Source: Deltaproteobacteria bacterium
GTDB lineage: Bacteria > Myxococcota > Myxococcia > Myxococcales > 40CM-4-68-19
DNA length: 50,798 nucleotides
Assembly (NCBI GenBank): GCA_005888115.1
Contig: VBKO01000045.1
Span: 1-50,798 of the forward strand
Reading direction: 5' to 3'
Every line of letters starts with the position of its first letter. Position 1 is the stretch's first letter. A program made the position numbers and the translations under genes. A model generated the notes under the pieces. It was not told where the DNA came from, made no database searches, and saw only the letters and a list, made by a program, of their open reading frames with translations. Shown piece by piece: positions 10,251 through 21,680 of this stretch.

Positions 10251-11513
10251 ATGACCGAGATTGCGCGCGCCCTCCAGCTCGTCCCCGAACTCGATGCAGG
10301 CGCGATCTCGGTAGGCGCGCACGCGCAGAACCAGGTCGTTCTGGAAGACCGCTTCGTTTCCGGTTTTCACTGCCGCTTGCATGTGCGCGATGGCCGGGTG
10401 TGGGTGAAGGACCTCGCCTCTACCAACGGCACCGTCGTGGACGGATCGCGGGTCGCCGAAGCCGAGGTGTCCGCCGGGTCCACGCTGCGCGTCGGATCGC
10501 AGGTCTTGCGGATCGAGCGCGACTCGCCCACCGCACCGGCGCCGCTGCCCGGAGTGATCACCTGCGATCCCGTCCTGGGCGGCGCGTTGGAGATGCTCCG
10601 GCGCGCTGCGCCGTCGAGGCTGCCGGTGCTCATCCTGGGAGAGAGCGGCAGCGGAAAGGAAGTGGCCGCGCGCGCCGTTCACGAGCTGTCGCCGCGCGCG
10701 GGCGAGGCGTTCGTGCCGGTGAACTGCGGAGCCATCTCGCCCGAGCTGGCCGAGGCCGAATTGTTCGGGCACGAGCGCGGGGCGTTCACCGGGGCGGTGG
10801 GGTCGAGCCCGGGCGCATTCGGTGCCGCCGACTCCGGGACGCTGTTCCTGGACGAGATCGGGGATCTCCCGCCTCCGCTGCAGGTCAAGCTGCTCCGCGC
10901 TCTCGAGGCAGGCGAGATCAAGCCGGTGGGTTCGCCGCGTCCGCGCCGCATCGACGTGCGCATCGTCTGCGCCACGCACCGCGACCTGAGGAAGCTCGTC
11001 CGGGCGGGATCGTTCCGCGAGGACCTCTACTACCGCCTGGCCGGGCTCTCGGTGGAGCTCCCGCCGCTCCGCGAGCGCAAGGAGGACATCGTCCCGCTGG
11101 CCGAGCATTTCCTCGCGCAGGAGGGAGACGGCGTGCAGCGAGGCTTCTCGGCCGACGCGCGGTCCCGCCTGCTCGCACATCGCTGGCCGGGGAACGCGCG
11201 CGAGCTACGCCACGTGGTCCAGCTCGCGGTCGTGCTAAGCGATACCGCGACGATCCGCGGGTCTGCGCTGCGCATCGACGACGGCTCGCGGCGTTGCCCC
11301 GAAGGCAGCGAGGCAGCCGATCCCCGCGAGCTGATCGATCTGCGCGGCAGGACGCTCGAGCAGATCGAGGCACTGGCGGTCCGCTCCGCCTGGGAACGGC
11401 ACCGCGGGCAGCGCGGCGCGATGGCGCGCGAGCTGGGCATCGCTCGGTCCAGCCTCTTGCGCAAGCTCGACGAGCTGGGCCTGCGCGAGCCTGCCCCCGT
11501 GGCCGGCGGATGA
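10251..11513 (+). CDS. FHA-domain sigma-54 enhancer-binding protein
   Basis: FHA ([14 protein letters not shown]), [30 protein letters not shown]-terminal HTH. Start is uncertain and may lie upstream. Confidence 0.9.
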   Translation: MTEIARALQLVPELDAGAISVGAHAQNQVVLEDRFVSGFHCRLHVRDGRVWVKDLASTNGTVVDGSRVAEAEVSAGSTLRVGSQVLRIERDSPTAPAPLPGVITCDPVLGGALEMLRRAAPSRLPVLILGESGSGKEVAARAVHELSPRAGEAFVPVNCGAISPELAEAELFGHERGAFTGAVGSSPGAFGAADSGTLFLDEIGDLPPPLQVKLLRALEAGEIKPVGSPRPRRIDVRIVCATHRDLRKLVRAGSFREDLYYRLAGLSVELPPLRERKEDIVPLAEHFLAQEGDGVQRGFSADARSRLLAHRWPGNARELRHVVQLAVVLSDTATIRGSALRIDDGSRRCPEGSEAADPRELIDLRGRTLEQIEALAVRSAWERHRGQRGAMARELGIARSSLLRKLDELGLREPAPVAGG

Positions 11514-11577
11514 TTGTCGGCCGCCCCAGGCACGGTCCCGTTCGAAAGCGCAGCGCCGCCGAATACGGCGGCGGCTG

Positions 11578-13518
11578 TCAAACGCTGCCGAGGTAGGTGT
11601 ACCCCCGCATCGCCTGCTCGTAGAAGTCGGTGAGCGAGACGGACTCCTTCGGCTTGACCGACCCTTCGCGAACCTTCGCGTCCAGCGCCTGCTTCACCCG
11701 CTTGGCGAGGTCGCTGGGCTCGTACTGCACCCGCACCAGCACCCGCTCCAGCGTGTCCCCGGGGATGACCTCCTCGATGTAGTAGTCCTCGGGGTCCTCG
11801 TCGTCCACGAACACGTGCACCTCGTGCACGCGGCCGAAGAGGTTGTGCATGTCGCCCATGATGTCCTGGTAGGCGCCGGTGAGGAACATTCCCAGGTAAT
11901 AGGGCTCACCCTCGCGCAAGGGATGGAGCGCGATGGTCTCGTCGACCGTCTCGTTCTCGATGAAGCTGTCGATCTTCCCGTCCGAGTCGCAGGTGATGTC
12001 CACGATGGTGGAGTCGCGGGTGGGCACCTCGTCGAGCCGGTGCAGCGGCACGATGGGGAAGAGCTGGTCGATCGCCCAATGGTCGGGCGCGCTCTGGAAG
12101 ACCGAGAAGTTCGCCATGTACTGGTCGGCGAGCCGGTCCTCCAGCCCGCGCGTCTGGCCGGGGACCCGCTTGCGGCGCTTGTTGATCCCCACCAGCTTCC
12201 GGCACAGGCGCCAGAAGAGCCCCTCCACGATGGCGCGCTCCTCGAGGCCGAGGATCCCGAGCTTGAACATCGTCAGGGCCTGCTCCTTCTTGGAGACGGC
12301 ATCGTTGTACGTCTCGCCCGAGTTCTTCGGCGTCAGCCCCGCCACGATCTCGCGCATCTCGCGGACGATCGGCGTCTCGGGCGCGTCCGGCACCGGCGTA
12401 ACGACGCCGTCCGAGATCTCGGCTCCGTTCTCGCCGAACTCGATGTGGCCGAAGACGTTCATCAGGATGCAGGAGTGGTGCGCGGTGAGGGCGCGTCCGG
12501 ACTCGCTCACGATATGCGGCTCGGACACGCCTTCGTTCGTGCAGATCTGCTGGACCGTGTAGACCACGTCGGCGGCGTACTCTTCGACCGAGTAGTTGAG
12601 CGACGAGACGTAGGAGGTGCTGCGCGCGCCGACGTAGTCGACACCCAGGCCGCCGCCGACGTCGAAGTACTCGAGCACGACACCCATCTTGCGCAGCTTG
12701 GCGTAGATGCGTGCGCCCTCGTTCACCACGTCCTTCACGGTGCGGATGTCGGTCAGCTGGCTGCCCACGTGGAAGTGGAAGAGCTTCGCCGCGCCTTCCA
12801 TCCCGCGGTCCTTCAGCATCCGGACCGCCTGGATCAGCTCCGGCGTGGTGAGCCCGAACTTGGCGAAGTCTCCCGACGAGGACTCCCACTTGCCGGTGCC
12901 CTTGGTGGAGAGCTTGCTGCGCAGCCCGATCAGCGGCTGCACGTTCATCTCCTCCGAGAGCCGGAGCAGCTCGGGAAGCTCGGACAGCTTCTCGATGACC
13001 ACGATGATCTTGCGGCCCAGCTTGCGGCCCACCAGGGCGAGGCGCAGGTACTCCTCGTCCTTGTAGCCGTTGCAGATGGTGAGCGCCTCGGGGTCGGTGT
13101 TCAGCGCCAGCACGATGAGCAGCTCGCCCTTGGAGCCCGCCTCCAACCCGAAGTGATAGGGCGCGCCGGCGTCGAGGATCTCCTCGACCACCTCGCGCAT
13201 CTGGTTCACCTTGGTCGGATAGACGCCGAAGTACTGGCCCTTGTACCCGTGCTGCGCGATCGCGCTGCGGAAGGTCTCGTTGAGCTGCTTGACGCGGGAG
13301 CGGAGCACGTCCTGGAACCGCACCACGCAAGGGAAGCCCAGTTTGCGTTCCCGGATGTCGTCGACGACGTCCATCAGATCGATCACCGGGCCCGGCTGCC
13401 CGTTCGGATGGACGACCAGGTGACCCTTCGAGTTGATGTTGAAGTACCCCGCGCCCCAGTTCGGGATGTTGTAGAGCTGGAGCGCGCGCTCGATGGACCA
13501 GTCCTGCGGATGCAGCAT
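11578..13518 (-). CDS. speA: Biosynthetic arginine decarboxylase
   Basis: YPTKVNQ, GLEAGSKGEL, HFHVGSQ, DVGGGLGVDY, DITCDSDG, GAYQDIMGDMHNLFG. Confidence 0.95.
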   Translation of the reverse strand: MLHPQDWSIERALQLYNIPNWGAGYFNINSKGHLVVHPNGQPGPVIDLMDVVDDIRERKLGFPCVVRFQDVLRSRVKQLNETFRSAIAQHGYKGQYFGVYPTKVNQMREVVEEILDAGAPYHFGLEAGSKGELLIVLALNTDPEALTICNGYKDEEYLRLALVGRKLGRKIIVVIEKLSELPELLRLSEEMNVQPLIGLRSKLSTKGTGKWESSSGDFAKFGLTTPELIQAVRMLKDRGMEGAAKLFHFHVGSQLTDIRTVKDVVNEGARIYAKLRKMGVVLEYFDVGGGLGVDYVGARSTSYVSSLNYSVEEYAADVVYTVQQICTNEGVSEPHIVSESGRALTAHHSCILMNVFGHIEFGENGAEISDGVVTPVPDAPETPIVREMREIVAGLTPKNSGETYNDAVSKKEQALTMFKLGILGLEERAIVEGLFWRLCRKLVGINKRRKRVPGQTRGLEDRLADQYMANFSVFQSAPDHWAIDQLFPIVPLHRLDEVPTRDSTIVDITCDSDGKIDSFIENETVDETIALHPLREGEPYYLGMFLTGAYQDIMGDMHNLFGRVHEVHVFVDDEDPEDYYIEEVIPGDTLERVLVRVQYEPSDLAKRVKQALDAKVREGSVKPKESVSLTDFYEQAMRGYTYLGSV

Positions 13519-13527
13519 CGAGGCTCT

Positions 13528-14241
13528 GTGCCACAACGCACGCCGGGATCACAAGATGCGAATCGGATTTTTTCGGCGAGGCGGATCACCCCGCCGGCCG
13601 GCCTCGTCCGCGTCCTCGACGCCGCCCTCGACGACGCGCTGGTGCGGCGGGCGCGGCGCGCCATCGGACGGCTCGGCCCGGAGCGTCTCGGGCAGAGCTA
13701 CTTCACGACTTTCTGGATGCCGCGCGGCGAGCCGGCCACAAACCCCGTCGAGGAGGCTGTCCTGGCGCTGTGGCGGCTCGCCGCTCCGGACGCGCGGTGC
13801 GCCGGGGCCGAGTGGTGGATCGGGCGATCGTACACGAACGACGTGCCCGTCGGATTCCACTTCGACCAGGACGTGCGCGCCGCGCGCGGGCTGCGGCACC
13901 CGCTAGAGTCCAGCGTGTTCTTCTTCAACCGCGTCAGGGGCGGGCAGCTGGCGGTGACCGACCAGCGCGCCGGCCGCCGAGGCGAGCCGACGCCTGCAGC
14001 CGCCGGCGATTTGCAGGTGGTCTCGCCGCGACCCAACCGGTACGCGGTCTTCGACGGCGGGCTGTTCCACGGCGTGCTCGACGCGCGGGGGCGCACGCCG
14101 GGGCGGAAGCTGCCCGGACCACCGGGCAGGCTGCGCGTGACCCTGGTCGTGAACTTCTGGGACCGGCGGCCGGCGGGCGTCCCGCGTTGGCGCGATGCGC
14201 GCGTCTACCGGGCGCTGGCCGGCGGGCGAGTGCGGCGCTAG
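13528..14241 (+). CDS. Putative 2OG-Fe(II) oxygenase-like protein (start uncertain)
   Basis: C-terminal part of ORF 11815..14241: EWW, HFDQD (HxD), NRYAVFDG..FHGV (distal His), RVTLVVNFW. Confidence 0.65.
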   Translation: MPQRTPGSQDANRIFSARRITPPAGLVRVLDAALDDALVRRARRAIGRLGPERLGQSYFTTFWMPRGEPATNPVEEAVLALWRLAAPDARCAGAEWWIGRSYTNDVPVGFHFDQDVRAARGLRHPLESSVFFFNRVRGGQLAVTDQRAGRRGEPTPAAAGDLQVVSPRPNRYAVFDGGLFHGVLDARGRTPGRKLPGPPGRLRVTLVVNFWDRRPAGVPRWRDARVYRALAGGRVRR

Positions 14242-14253
14242 AACCTCTTCGCG

Positions 14254-15285
14254 ATGCACCTGGCCGGACAGACCGAAGCGGACCTCGCCGCCTGGGCGAC
14301 TTCGCGCGGGGCTTCGCGCGGCGGCGCCCGCGTGCTGGCGCGCGCCCTGGTCGCTGGGCTCGCCGGGCGGCCGGTCCGCGAGCCACCGGCGCGGGGTCTC
14401 TTCGCCGAGGCGCGGTCGCGCTTCGAGACGGACATGCCTGCCGCGGAGGTGGCGCAGGATGCGGACGGCACGGTCCGCTTCGCCGTGCGGCTGGGCGACG
14501 GCAACCTCGTCGAGACGGTCGCCATCCACCAGCCCGCCTCGCGCCTACGCGCCAAGGAGCGCTGGACGGTGTGTCTCTCCAGCCAGGTCGGGTGCGCGCG
14601 CGGTTGCGTGTTCTGCGAGACGGGGCGGCTGGGCCTGGTGCGCAACCTGGACGCATCGGAGATCGTCCTCCAGTACGCCCTGGTCGCCCGGCACCTCGGA
14701 TTCGCGCCGCCCAACGTGGTCTTCATGGGGATGGGCGAGCCTCTCGACAATCTCGAGGCGGTGCTGCGCGCCGTGGCCGTGTTGCGGGAACCCGCCGGAT
14801 TCGCGGTGCCGGAGCGGCGCATCACCGTGAGCACGGTGGGGATCGTGCCGCGCATGGACGATCTCTTCGCGCGCTCGCGCGTGAACCTGGCCGTCAGCCT
14901 GCACGCCGTCGATCCGGCCGCACGGCTCGCGCTCCTGCCCGTCGCGCGGCGCTTCAGCCTGGGCGAGGTGCGCGCCGCGATTGCGCGGGCGCCGCGCACG
15001 GTGCTGCTGCAATGGACGCTCATCCAGGGAGTGAACGATTCGGACCGCGAGGCGGACGCGCTGGCGGACTTCGCGCGCGGCCTGGACGTTCGCGTGAACC
15101 TGATCCCGCTCAACCCCGGTCCGGATCCGCGGCAGGTGGCGCCGCCGCTCGCCCGCTGCCGCGCCTTTCAAAGGCGGCTCGCTGCCGGCGGAGTGCGGAC
15201 GCTCCTGCGTCTCCCGCACGGTCAGTCAGTGGGCGGCGCCTGCGGTCAGCTTGCCGGATCCCTGCGGACACAGGCGCAAGGCTGA
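14254..15285 (+). CDS. RlmN/Cfr-family (class A) radical SAM methyltransferase paralogue
   Basis: VETV, VCLSSQVGCARGCVFC, FMGMGEP, STVG, SLHA, GACGQL. Confidence 0.85.
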   Translation: MHLAGQTEADLAAWATSRGASRGGARVLARALVAGLAGRPVREPPARGLFAEARSRFETDMPAAEVAQDADGTVRFAVRLGDGNLVETVAIHQPASRLRAKERWTVCLSSQVGCARGCVFCETGRLGLVRNLDASEIVLQYALVARHLGFAPPNVVFMGMGEPLDNLEAVLRAVAVLREPAGFAVPERRITVSTVGIVPRMDDLFARSRVNLAVSLHAVDPAARLALLPVARRFSLGEVRAAIARAPRTVLLQWTLIQGVNDSDREADALADFARGLDVRVNLIPLNPGPDPRQVAPPLARCRAFQRRLAAGGVRTLLRLPHGQSVGGACGQLAGSLRTQAQG

Positions 15286-15371
15286 GCGCACGCCCCGCGA
15301 CTGTGCTCGCGGCTGCACTCCCGCCGGGGGTCACCTGACAGCGCCAGCAGGCGGACGTAGCTTTGGCGGCC

Positions 15372-17941
15372 ATGGATGCGCCTGCAAAGAGGAAATGGCC
15401 GATCGTCGTCGGCGCCGTTCTCGGCGCGCTGATCCTGGTGGTCGTCATCGGGCTGTTCGTGCTCGACTCCGTCCTCACCAGCAAGGCGCACGACGAGGCG
15501 GCGAAGCTGTCGCAGCAACTCGGCCGGCCGGTGACCATCGGGTCGGTCTCCACCAAGGTGCTCACCGGCCTCGGGGTTGCGGTCAGTGACGTGGGCATCG
15601 GCCCCGCGGCTGGCGAAGGCGTTCCGCTCGCGCAGGTGAAGCGCATCGACGTCCGTGCCGCGCTCCTCCGCGCGATCCGCACCGGCGGCAAGGACGTGCT
15701 CATCCGTTCCGCCGAAGTGGATGGGCTGAACGTGAACCTGATCCGGTTCGACGACGGCACCACCAACCTGGACCGCCTGCAGAAGAAGCTCGCCGAGACC
15801 CAGCCGAAGGAGCCCGAGGCAAAGAAGCCGGCCGAGGAGCAGAAGCAGGGCGACCTCTCCTTCTTGCGCGTCGACCACGCCGCGCTGCGCGACGCCCGCA
15901 TCGCGCTGGTCGATCGGTCTGGACGCGCGCAGAGGCAGCTGGCGATCCAGCACCTCGACGTGACGCTCGAGGACCTGCGCGCCGGCAAGCCGCTGGACGT
16001 GGTGGTGACCGCGGCCGTCCTCGCCGAGCAGAAGAACTTCGAGCTCCGGCTGCACGCCGCGCCGCTTCCGCCCACCCTGGTGCCCACGCCGGAGAAGGTC
16101 ACTCTCAAGGTGCAGCCCATCGACCTCTCTCCGCTGGCCCCCTTCGTCCCCAAGGACGTCGGCCTCGAGGCGGGCCGGTTGGATGCGAACTTCGAGGCGC
16201 AGCTCGGCGCGGCGGTGCCGGGCGGCAAGGGCCCGACCAGTATCCAGGGAGCGGTGCGTGCGCTCGGGCTCAAGTTCGCCGGGGCGGAAGGTGGAAGGGC
16301 CCTGGACGTCGTGCTCGACACCGACGTGAAGGGCGACGCCGAGAAGGGGGACGTGCAGATCTCCAAGCTCCGCCTCGACCTCGGGCCGGCGGGCATCACC
16401 GGGCAGGGGCGTGCGTCGGCCCTGAACACGCCGTCTCCGCGCATCGACGGTCTGGAGATCCGCAGCCACGACCTCGACCCTGCCCGCCTCGCCGCGTACT
16501 ACCCGCCGCTCGCGAGGCAACTGAAGGGCCAGGTGGCGGGACCCATCGGGCTGCTCGTGCACGCGAGCGGGACGCAGGCGTCGCAAGCGCTGGAAGTGCG
16601 CGTCGATCTCACGCCGGTGAGGCTGGCGCTGCCGCAGACGATGACCAAGGCGGCGGGCGCCCCGATGACCCTGGTCGCCCATTTGAAGGGCGCCGCGCAA
16701 GGCAAGCTCGCGTTCGACGCGAACGTCGATCTCGCCGGCGCGGACCTGCGGCCCGGGCAATCGCTGGACAAGCCGCCCGGCCAGCGACTCGAGCTCTCGG
16801 CGAAGGGGACGCGCAGCTCCTCGGGGACGACGGCAAACCCGCAACAGCGCATCGAGCTGGAGGCGGTCGCGCTCCACGTGCTCGACGACCGCATCGACGC
16901 GCACGGCTGGGCAGAGACGAAGGGCGCGGGCGACAAGGCGACCAAGCAGTTCGAGCTGCTGGTGACCAGCGAGCACCTCGACCTCGACCGGATGCTCCTC
17001 GTCTCGAAGACGCAACCGGAGGAGAAGCCGCCGCCCGATCCGAAGACGTTCGCCGGACTCTCGGGGCATGCGACGGCGAAGCTTGCCCGCGTCACGTACA
17101 AGAAGCAGCAGTTCCAAAGCGTGGCGGCGGACGTGACCATGAAGGAGGACGAGATCGCCGTGCAGACGGCGTCGATCCAGGGACTCGGCGGGCAGATCGA
17201 CGCAGGCGGCACGCGCATCAGGCTCGCGCACCCGAAGGACCCGTGGCACGTCGCCACCAAGGTGCGCGGAATCGACCTGGAAAAAGCCGCCGCGATGGGC
17301 TCGCCGCGGAAGGTGCTGGCGGGCCGCTTCGACGGAGACGTCACATTCGACGGGCGGGGCCAGGACATCGCCAACCTGACGAAGTCGCTCTCGGGCGTGA
17401 TGCTCGGGCACGTCCTGGACGGAAAGTTCTACGGCAAGGACATCGTCGCCTCGGCGGCCTCGCCGGTGATGGGAGCGCTGCCCGGAGCGTTGCGCGGGAA
17501 GGTGCCCCAGAGCGGGGTGACGGACTTCGGCAAGGACCTTCCCTTCGGGCTCACCGTGAAGGATGGGTGGGCGCGCCTGAAAGAGCCGCTCAAGGCGTCG
17601 ACGCCGCAGGCGGAGATGAGCTTCTCGGGCGGCATCCGGCTCGACGGCACCCTGGACATGCCGGGGACACCAACGTTCCCGTCGGGCTCCGCATCGTGGG
17701 ACCGCCCACGAGCCCGAGCATCACCGACCTCGACATCCGGGGCGCGGTGGAGGCGATCGTGAAGTCCGCCGGGTCGAGCCTCATCTCCGGGGTCCTCGGC
17801 GGCCCCGCCGACCAGAAGAAGGAGCAGGGGCAACAGGTCGCGCAGCAGAAACAGCAGGAGCTGGAACAGAAGGCGCAGCAGCAGGCCGAGAAGGCGAAAC
17901 AAGACGCCGCGAACAAGCTCAAAGGCGTGTTTGGACGTTGA
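15372..17941 (+). CDS. AsmA family protein, frameshifted near 17666-17672
   Basis: N-terminal TM helix, GTTNL motif and beta-rich body. The C-terminus (VPVGLRIVGPPTSP...KLKGVFGR) is in another frame (ORF 17243..17941). Confidence 0.75.
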
Positions 17942-18037
17942 CATCGGCCGTGGCGAAGATTTCGCTCGCGCTTCGCGGCGCCACCGGATAGATAGATCGC
18001 GTTCCAACCTTCCTGCGCAAAAAAACGCAACAATCAT

Positions 18038-18652
18038 ATGGCCCAACGAAACAGGGATGCCTCTTTCCGCGCGCTGATCGAGCGGTTCGCGCAAGACCTG
18101 AGCTCGGCGATCGGCGAGCTGGTGCAGCGCCAGGTGAAAGATGCGGTAGCGCGCGCCTCCGCCGGCCGCGTGGAGGTCGACGGCCGTCGGGCTGGCCGGC
18201 TGTGCCCGGTTCCGGGCTGCGGCGAGCCGGGAGCTGGCCCGCGCAACCGCTGGTTCTGCCGCGAGCACTCGAAAAAGCTTTCCGCGGCGGAACAGAAGAG
18301 CATCGTCGAGCGCAACAAGCGGCTGGCGGCGGAAGGGAAGCTGCCCACCGCCGTCCCCGCCCAGCGCATCGTGCGGCTGCCCCCCAAGGCGCCACGGGCC
18401 CGCCGCACGCTGGACATGAGCTGCCGCGTGGACGGCTGCCCGAATCGGTCGCGGGGCCCGCGGGCCGGTTTCATCTGCGACCTGCACCGTGCCCAGCTGT
18501 CGCCCGAAGAGCAGCGCGACACGCGCGAGCGCTGGAATGCACGGCGCCGCGGCGTGGCCCTGGCCGAGCCCGAGGTGCGGCACGACCCGCCCGTGATCAC
18601 GCCCGTGCCGCCCATCGTGCGGAAGGCCGAGCCCGCCGCCGAGAGCTCGTAA
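18038..18652 (+). CDS. Basic protein with N-terminal amphipathic helix and two Cys3His zinc-finger-like repeats
   Basis: CPVPGC-x12-CREH and CRVDGC-x12-CDLH, each followed by LS[A/P][A/E]EQ..[V/R]ER; AT-rich leader. Confidence 0.7.
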   Translation: MAQRNRDASFRALIERFAQDLSSAIGELVQRQVKDAVARASAGRVEVDGRRAGRLCPVPGCGEPGAGPRNRWFCREHSKKLSAAEQKSIVERNKRLAAEGKLPTAVPAQRIVRLPPKAPRARRTLDMSCRVDGCPNRSRGPRAGFICDLHRAQLSPEEQRDTRERWNARRRGVALAEPEVRHDPPVITPVPPIVRKAEPAAESS

Positions 18653-18720
18653 CTCTTGAGCTGGCGGGGTCGAGGCGGCCGCTGTAACGATCCTGGCGCA
18701 TCGGGGACAGGGAGGAAGTG

Positions 18721-19653
18721 ATGCGCATCCGGTCGTCGGAGATCACCTCGAAAGCGCTCTACCTGCGCCGTCGCGAGTTCCTCGCCCTCGGAGCAGCCGG
18801 CGCCGGCGCGCTGCTGCTCCCGCGCCACGCGCGGGCGGCCGAGACGCCGCACGGGCGCAAGCTCGACGGCGTCAAGCCGGGCCAGCCGTCAACGGAGGAG
18901 AAGAAGAACTCCTTCGAGGAGATCACCCACTACAACAACTTCTACGAGTTCGGCACCGACAAGGACGATCCAGCACGCCACGCAGCGAAGCTGCAGACGC
19001 GGCCCTGGACGGTGAAGGTGGAGGGCGAATGCGCGAAGCCCGCCGCCTTCGACATCGACGAGCTGCTCAAGCTGCCCCTCGAGGAGCGCGTCTACCGGCT
19101 GCGCTGTGTCGAGGCGTGGTCGATGGTCATCCCCTGGGACGGCTTTCCCCTGGCCACGCTGCTCGAGAAGGTGCAGCCCACCTCGCGCGCGAAGTACGTC
19201 GCGTTCGAGACGGCCGTGCAGCCCAAGAACATGCCCGGCGTCGGCGCTTTCGGGGCCATTCCCTTCCCGTACCTCGAGGGCCTGCGCATCGACGAGGCCA
19301 TGCACCCTCTCACCCTGCTCGCGGTCGGCATGTACGGCGAGGAGCTGCCGAAGCAGGACGGCGCTCCCATCCGCCTGGTGGTCCCCTGGAAGTACGGGTT
19401 CAAGTCCGCCAAGTCGCTGGTCAGGATCCGGCTGCAGGAGACGCAGCCGCCTACCACCTGGTCGCAGTACGGCGGGGGCACCGAGTATGGCTTCTATGCC
19501 AACGTGAATCCCGAGGTCGACCACCCGCGCTGGAGCCAGGCGAAGGAACGGCGGATCGGTGAGCTCTTCCGCAAGCCCACCCAGAAGTTCAACGGCTACG
19601 CGGACCAGGTGGGGAAGCTCTACGCCGGAATGGACCTGAGGAAATTCTTCTGA
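18721..19653 (+). CDS. msrP: Protein-methionine-sulfoxide reductase, catalytic subunit
   Basis: Tat motif [48 protein letters not shown]. Confidence 0.95.
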   Translation: MRIRSSEITSKALYLRRREFLALGAAGAGALLLPRHARAAETPHGRKLDGVKPGQPSTEEKKNSFEEITHYNNFYEFGTDKDDPARHAAKLQTRPWTVKVEGECAKPAAFDIDELLKLPLEERVYRLRCVEAWSMVIPWDGFPLATLLEKVQPTSRAKYVAFETAVQPKNMPGVGAFGAIPFPYLEGLRIDEAMHPLTLLAVGMYGEELPKQDGAPIRLVVPWKYGFKSAKSLVRIRLQETQPPTTWSQYGGGTEYGFYANVNPEVDHPRWSQAKERRIGELFRKPTQKFNGYADQVGKLYAGMDLRKFF

Positions 19654-20279
19654 TGAACAAGGCTGCGAAGCAGCCGTGGCTCAAGCCGCTCGTCTTCGCC
19701 GCCGCGCTCTCGCCGCTTCTGTGGCTCGCGTCGCGGGCCGTGCGCGGGACACTCGGTCCGGATCCCGTCGCCGAGGTGCTGAACCGGCTGGGGCTGTACG
19801 CGATCTCGCTTCTCTTCTGCTCGCTCGCATGCACGCCGCTGCAGATCGTCGCCGGTTGGAGCTGGCCCTTGCGCGTGCGCCGGATGCTGGGGCTGTTCGC
19901 CTTCTTCTACGCTTGCCTGCACCTCTCGACGTACTTGTTCGTCGATCAGGGATTCGACTTCGGCGGAATCGCCAAGGACGTCGCCAAGCGGCGCTTCGTC
20001 ACGGTGGGCTTCGCCGCCTGGTGCGCGCTCGTCCCATTGGCGATCACCTCCACGCAAGCGTGGGTGAAGCGGCTCGGGTTCCGCCGCTGGAAGTCTCTAC
20101 ACCGCCTGGCGTACCTGGCGGGCGGGCTCGCCTGCGTCCACTTCATCTGGCGGTTCAAGACCGCGTTGCTGCAGCCGGTCCTCTTCACCGCGATCCTCGT
20201 GGTGCTGCTCGGGATCCGGCTCGCCGCCCGGGTACGGGCGCCGGCGCGCAGGATGTCCGTGCCGTCGCAGTCGAGGTAG
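19653..20279 (+). CDS. msrQ: MsrQ heme-binding membrane subunit
   Basis: RRMLGLFAFFYACLH, LAITS, WKSLHRLAY, conserved His; coupled to msrP. Confidence 0.92.
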   Translation: MNKAAKQPWLKPLVFAAALSPLLWLASRAVRGTLGPDPVAEVLNRLGLYAISLLFCSLACTPLQIVAGWSWPLRVRRMLGLFAFFYACLHLSTYLFVDQGFDFGGIAKDVAKRRFVTVGFAAWCALVPLAITSTQAWVKRLGFRRWKSLHRLAYLAGGLACVHFIWRFKTALLQPVLFTAILVVLLGIRLAARVRAPARRMSVPSQSR

Positions 20280-20288
20280 ACTCGGGAG

Positions 20289-21665
<1,377 letters not shown>

Positions 21666-21680
21666 CGTCCGCTGGCCCGC

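Noticed and set aside
14254-15285. Calling the methylase Cfr (antibiotic resistance) or canonical rlmN
   Set aside because: Motifs place it in the family but cannot discriminate the members; there is no mobile context.
17938-17966. TTGACA, and overlapping TGGCGAAGATTTCGC, as promoter for the zinc-finger gene
   Set aside because: No acceptable -10 at 16-18 nt, and the sigma-54 match is only partial. Not supportable.
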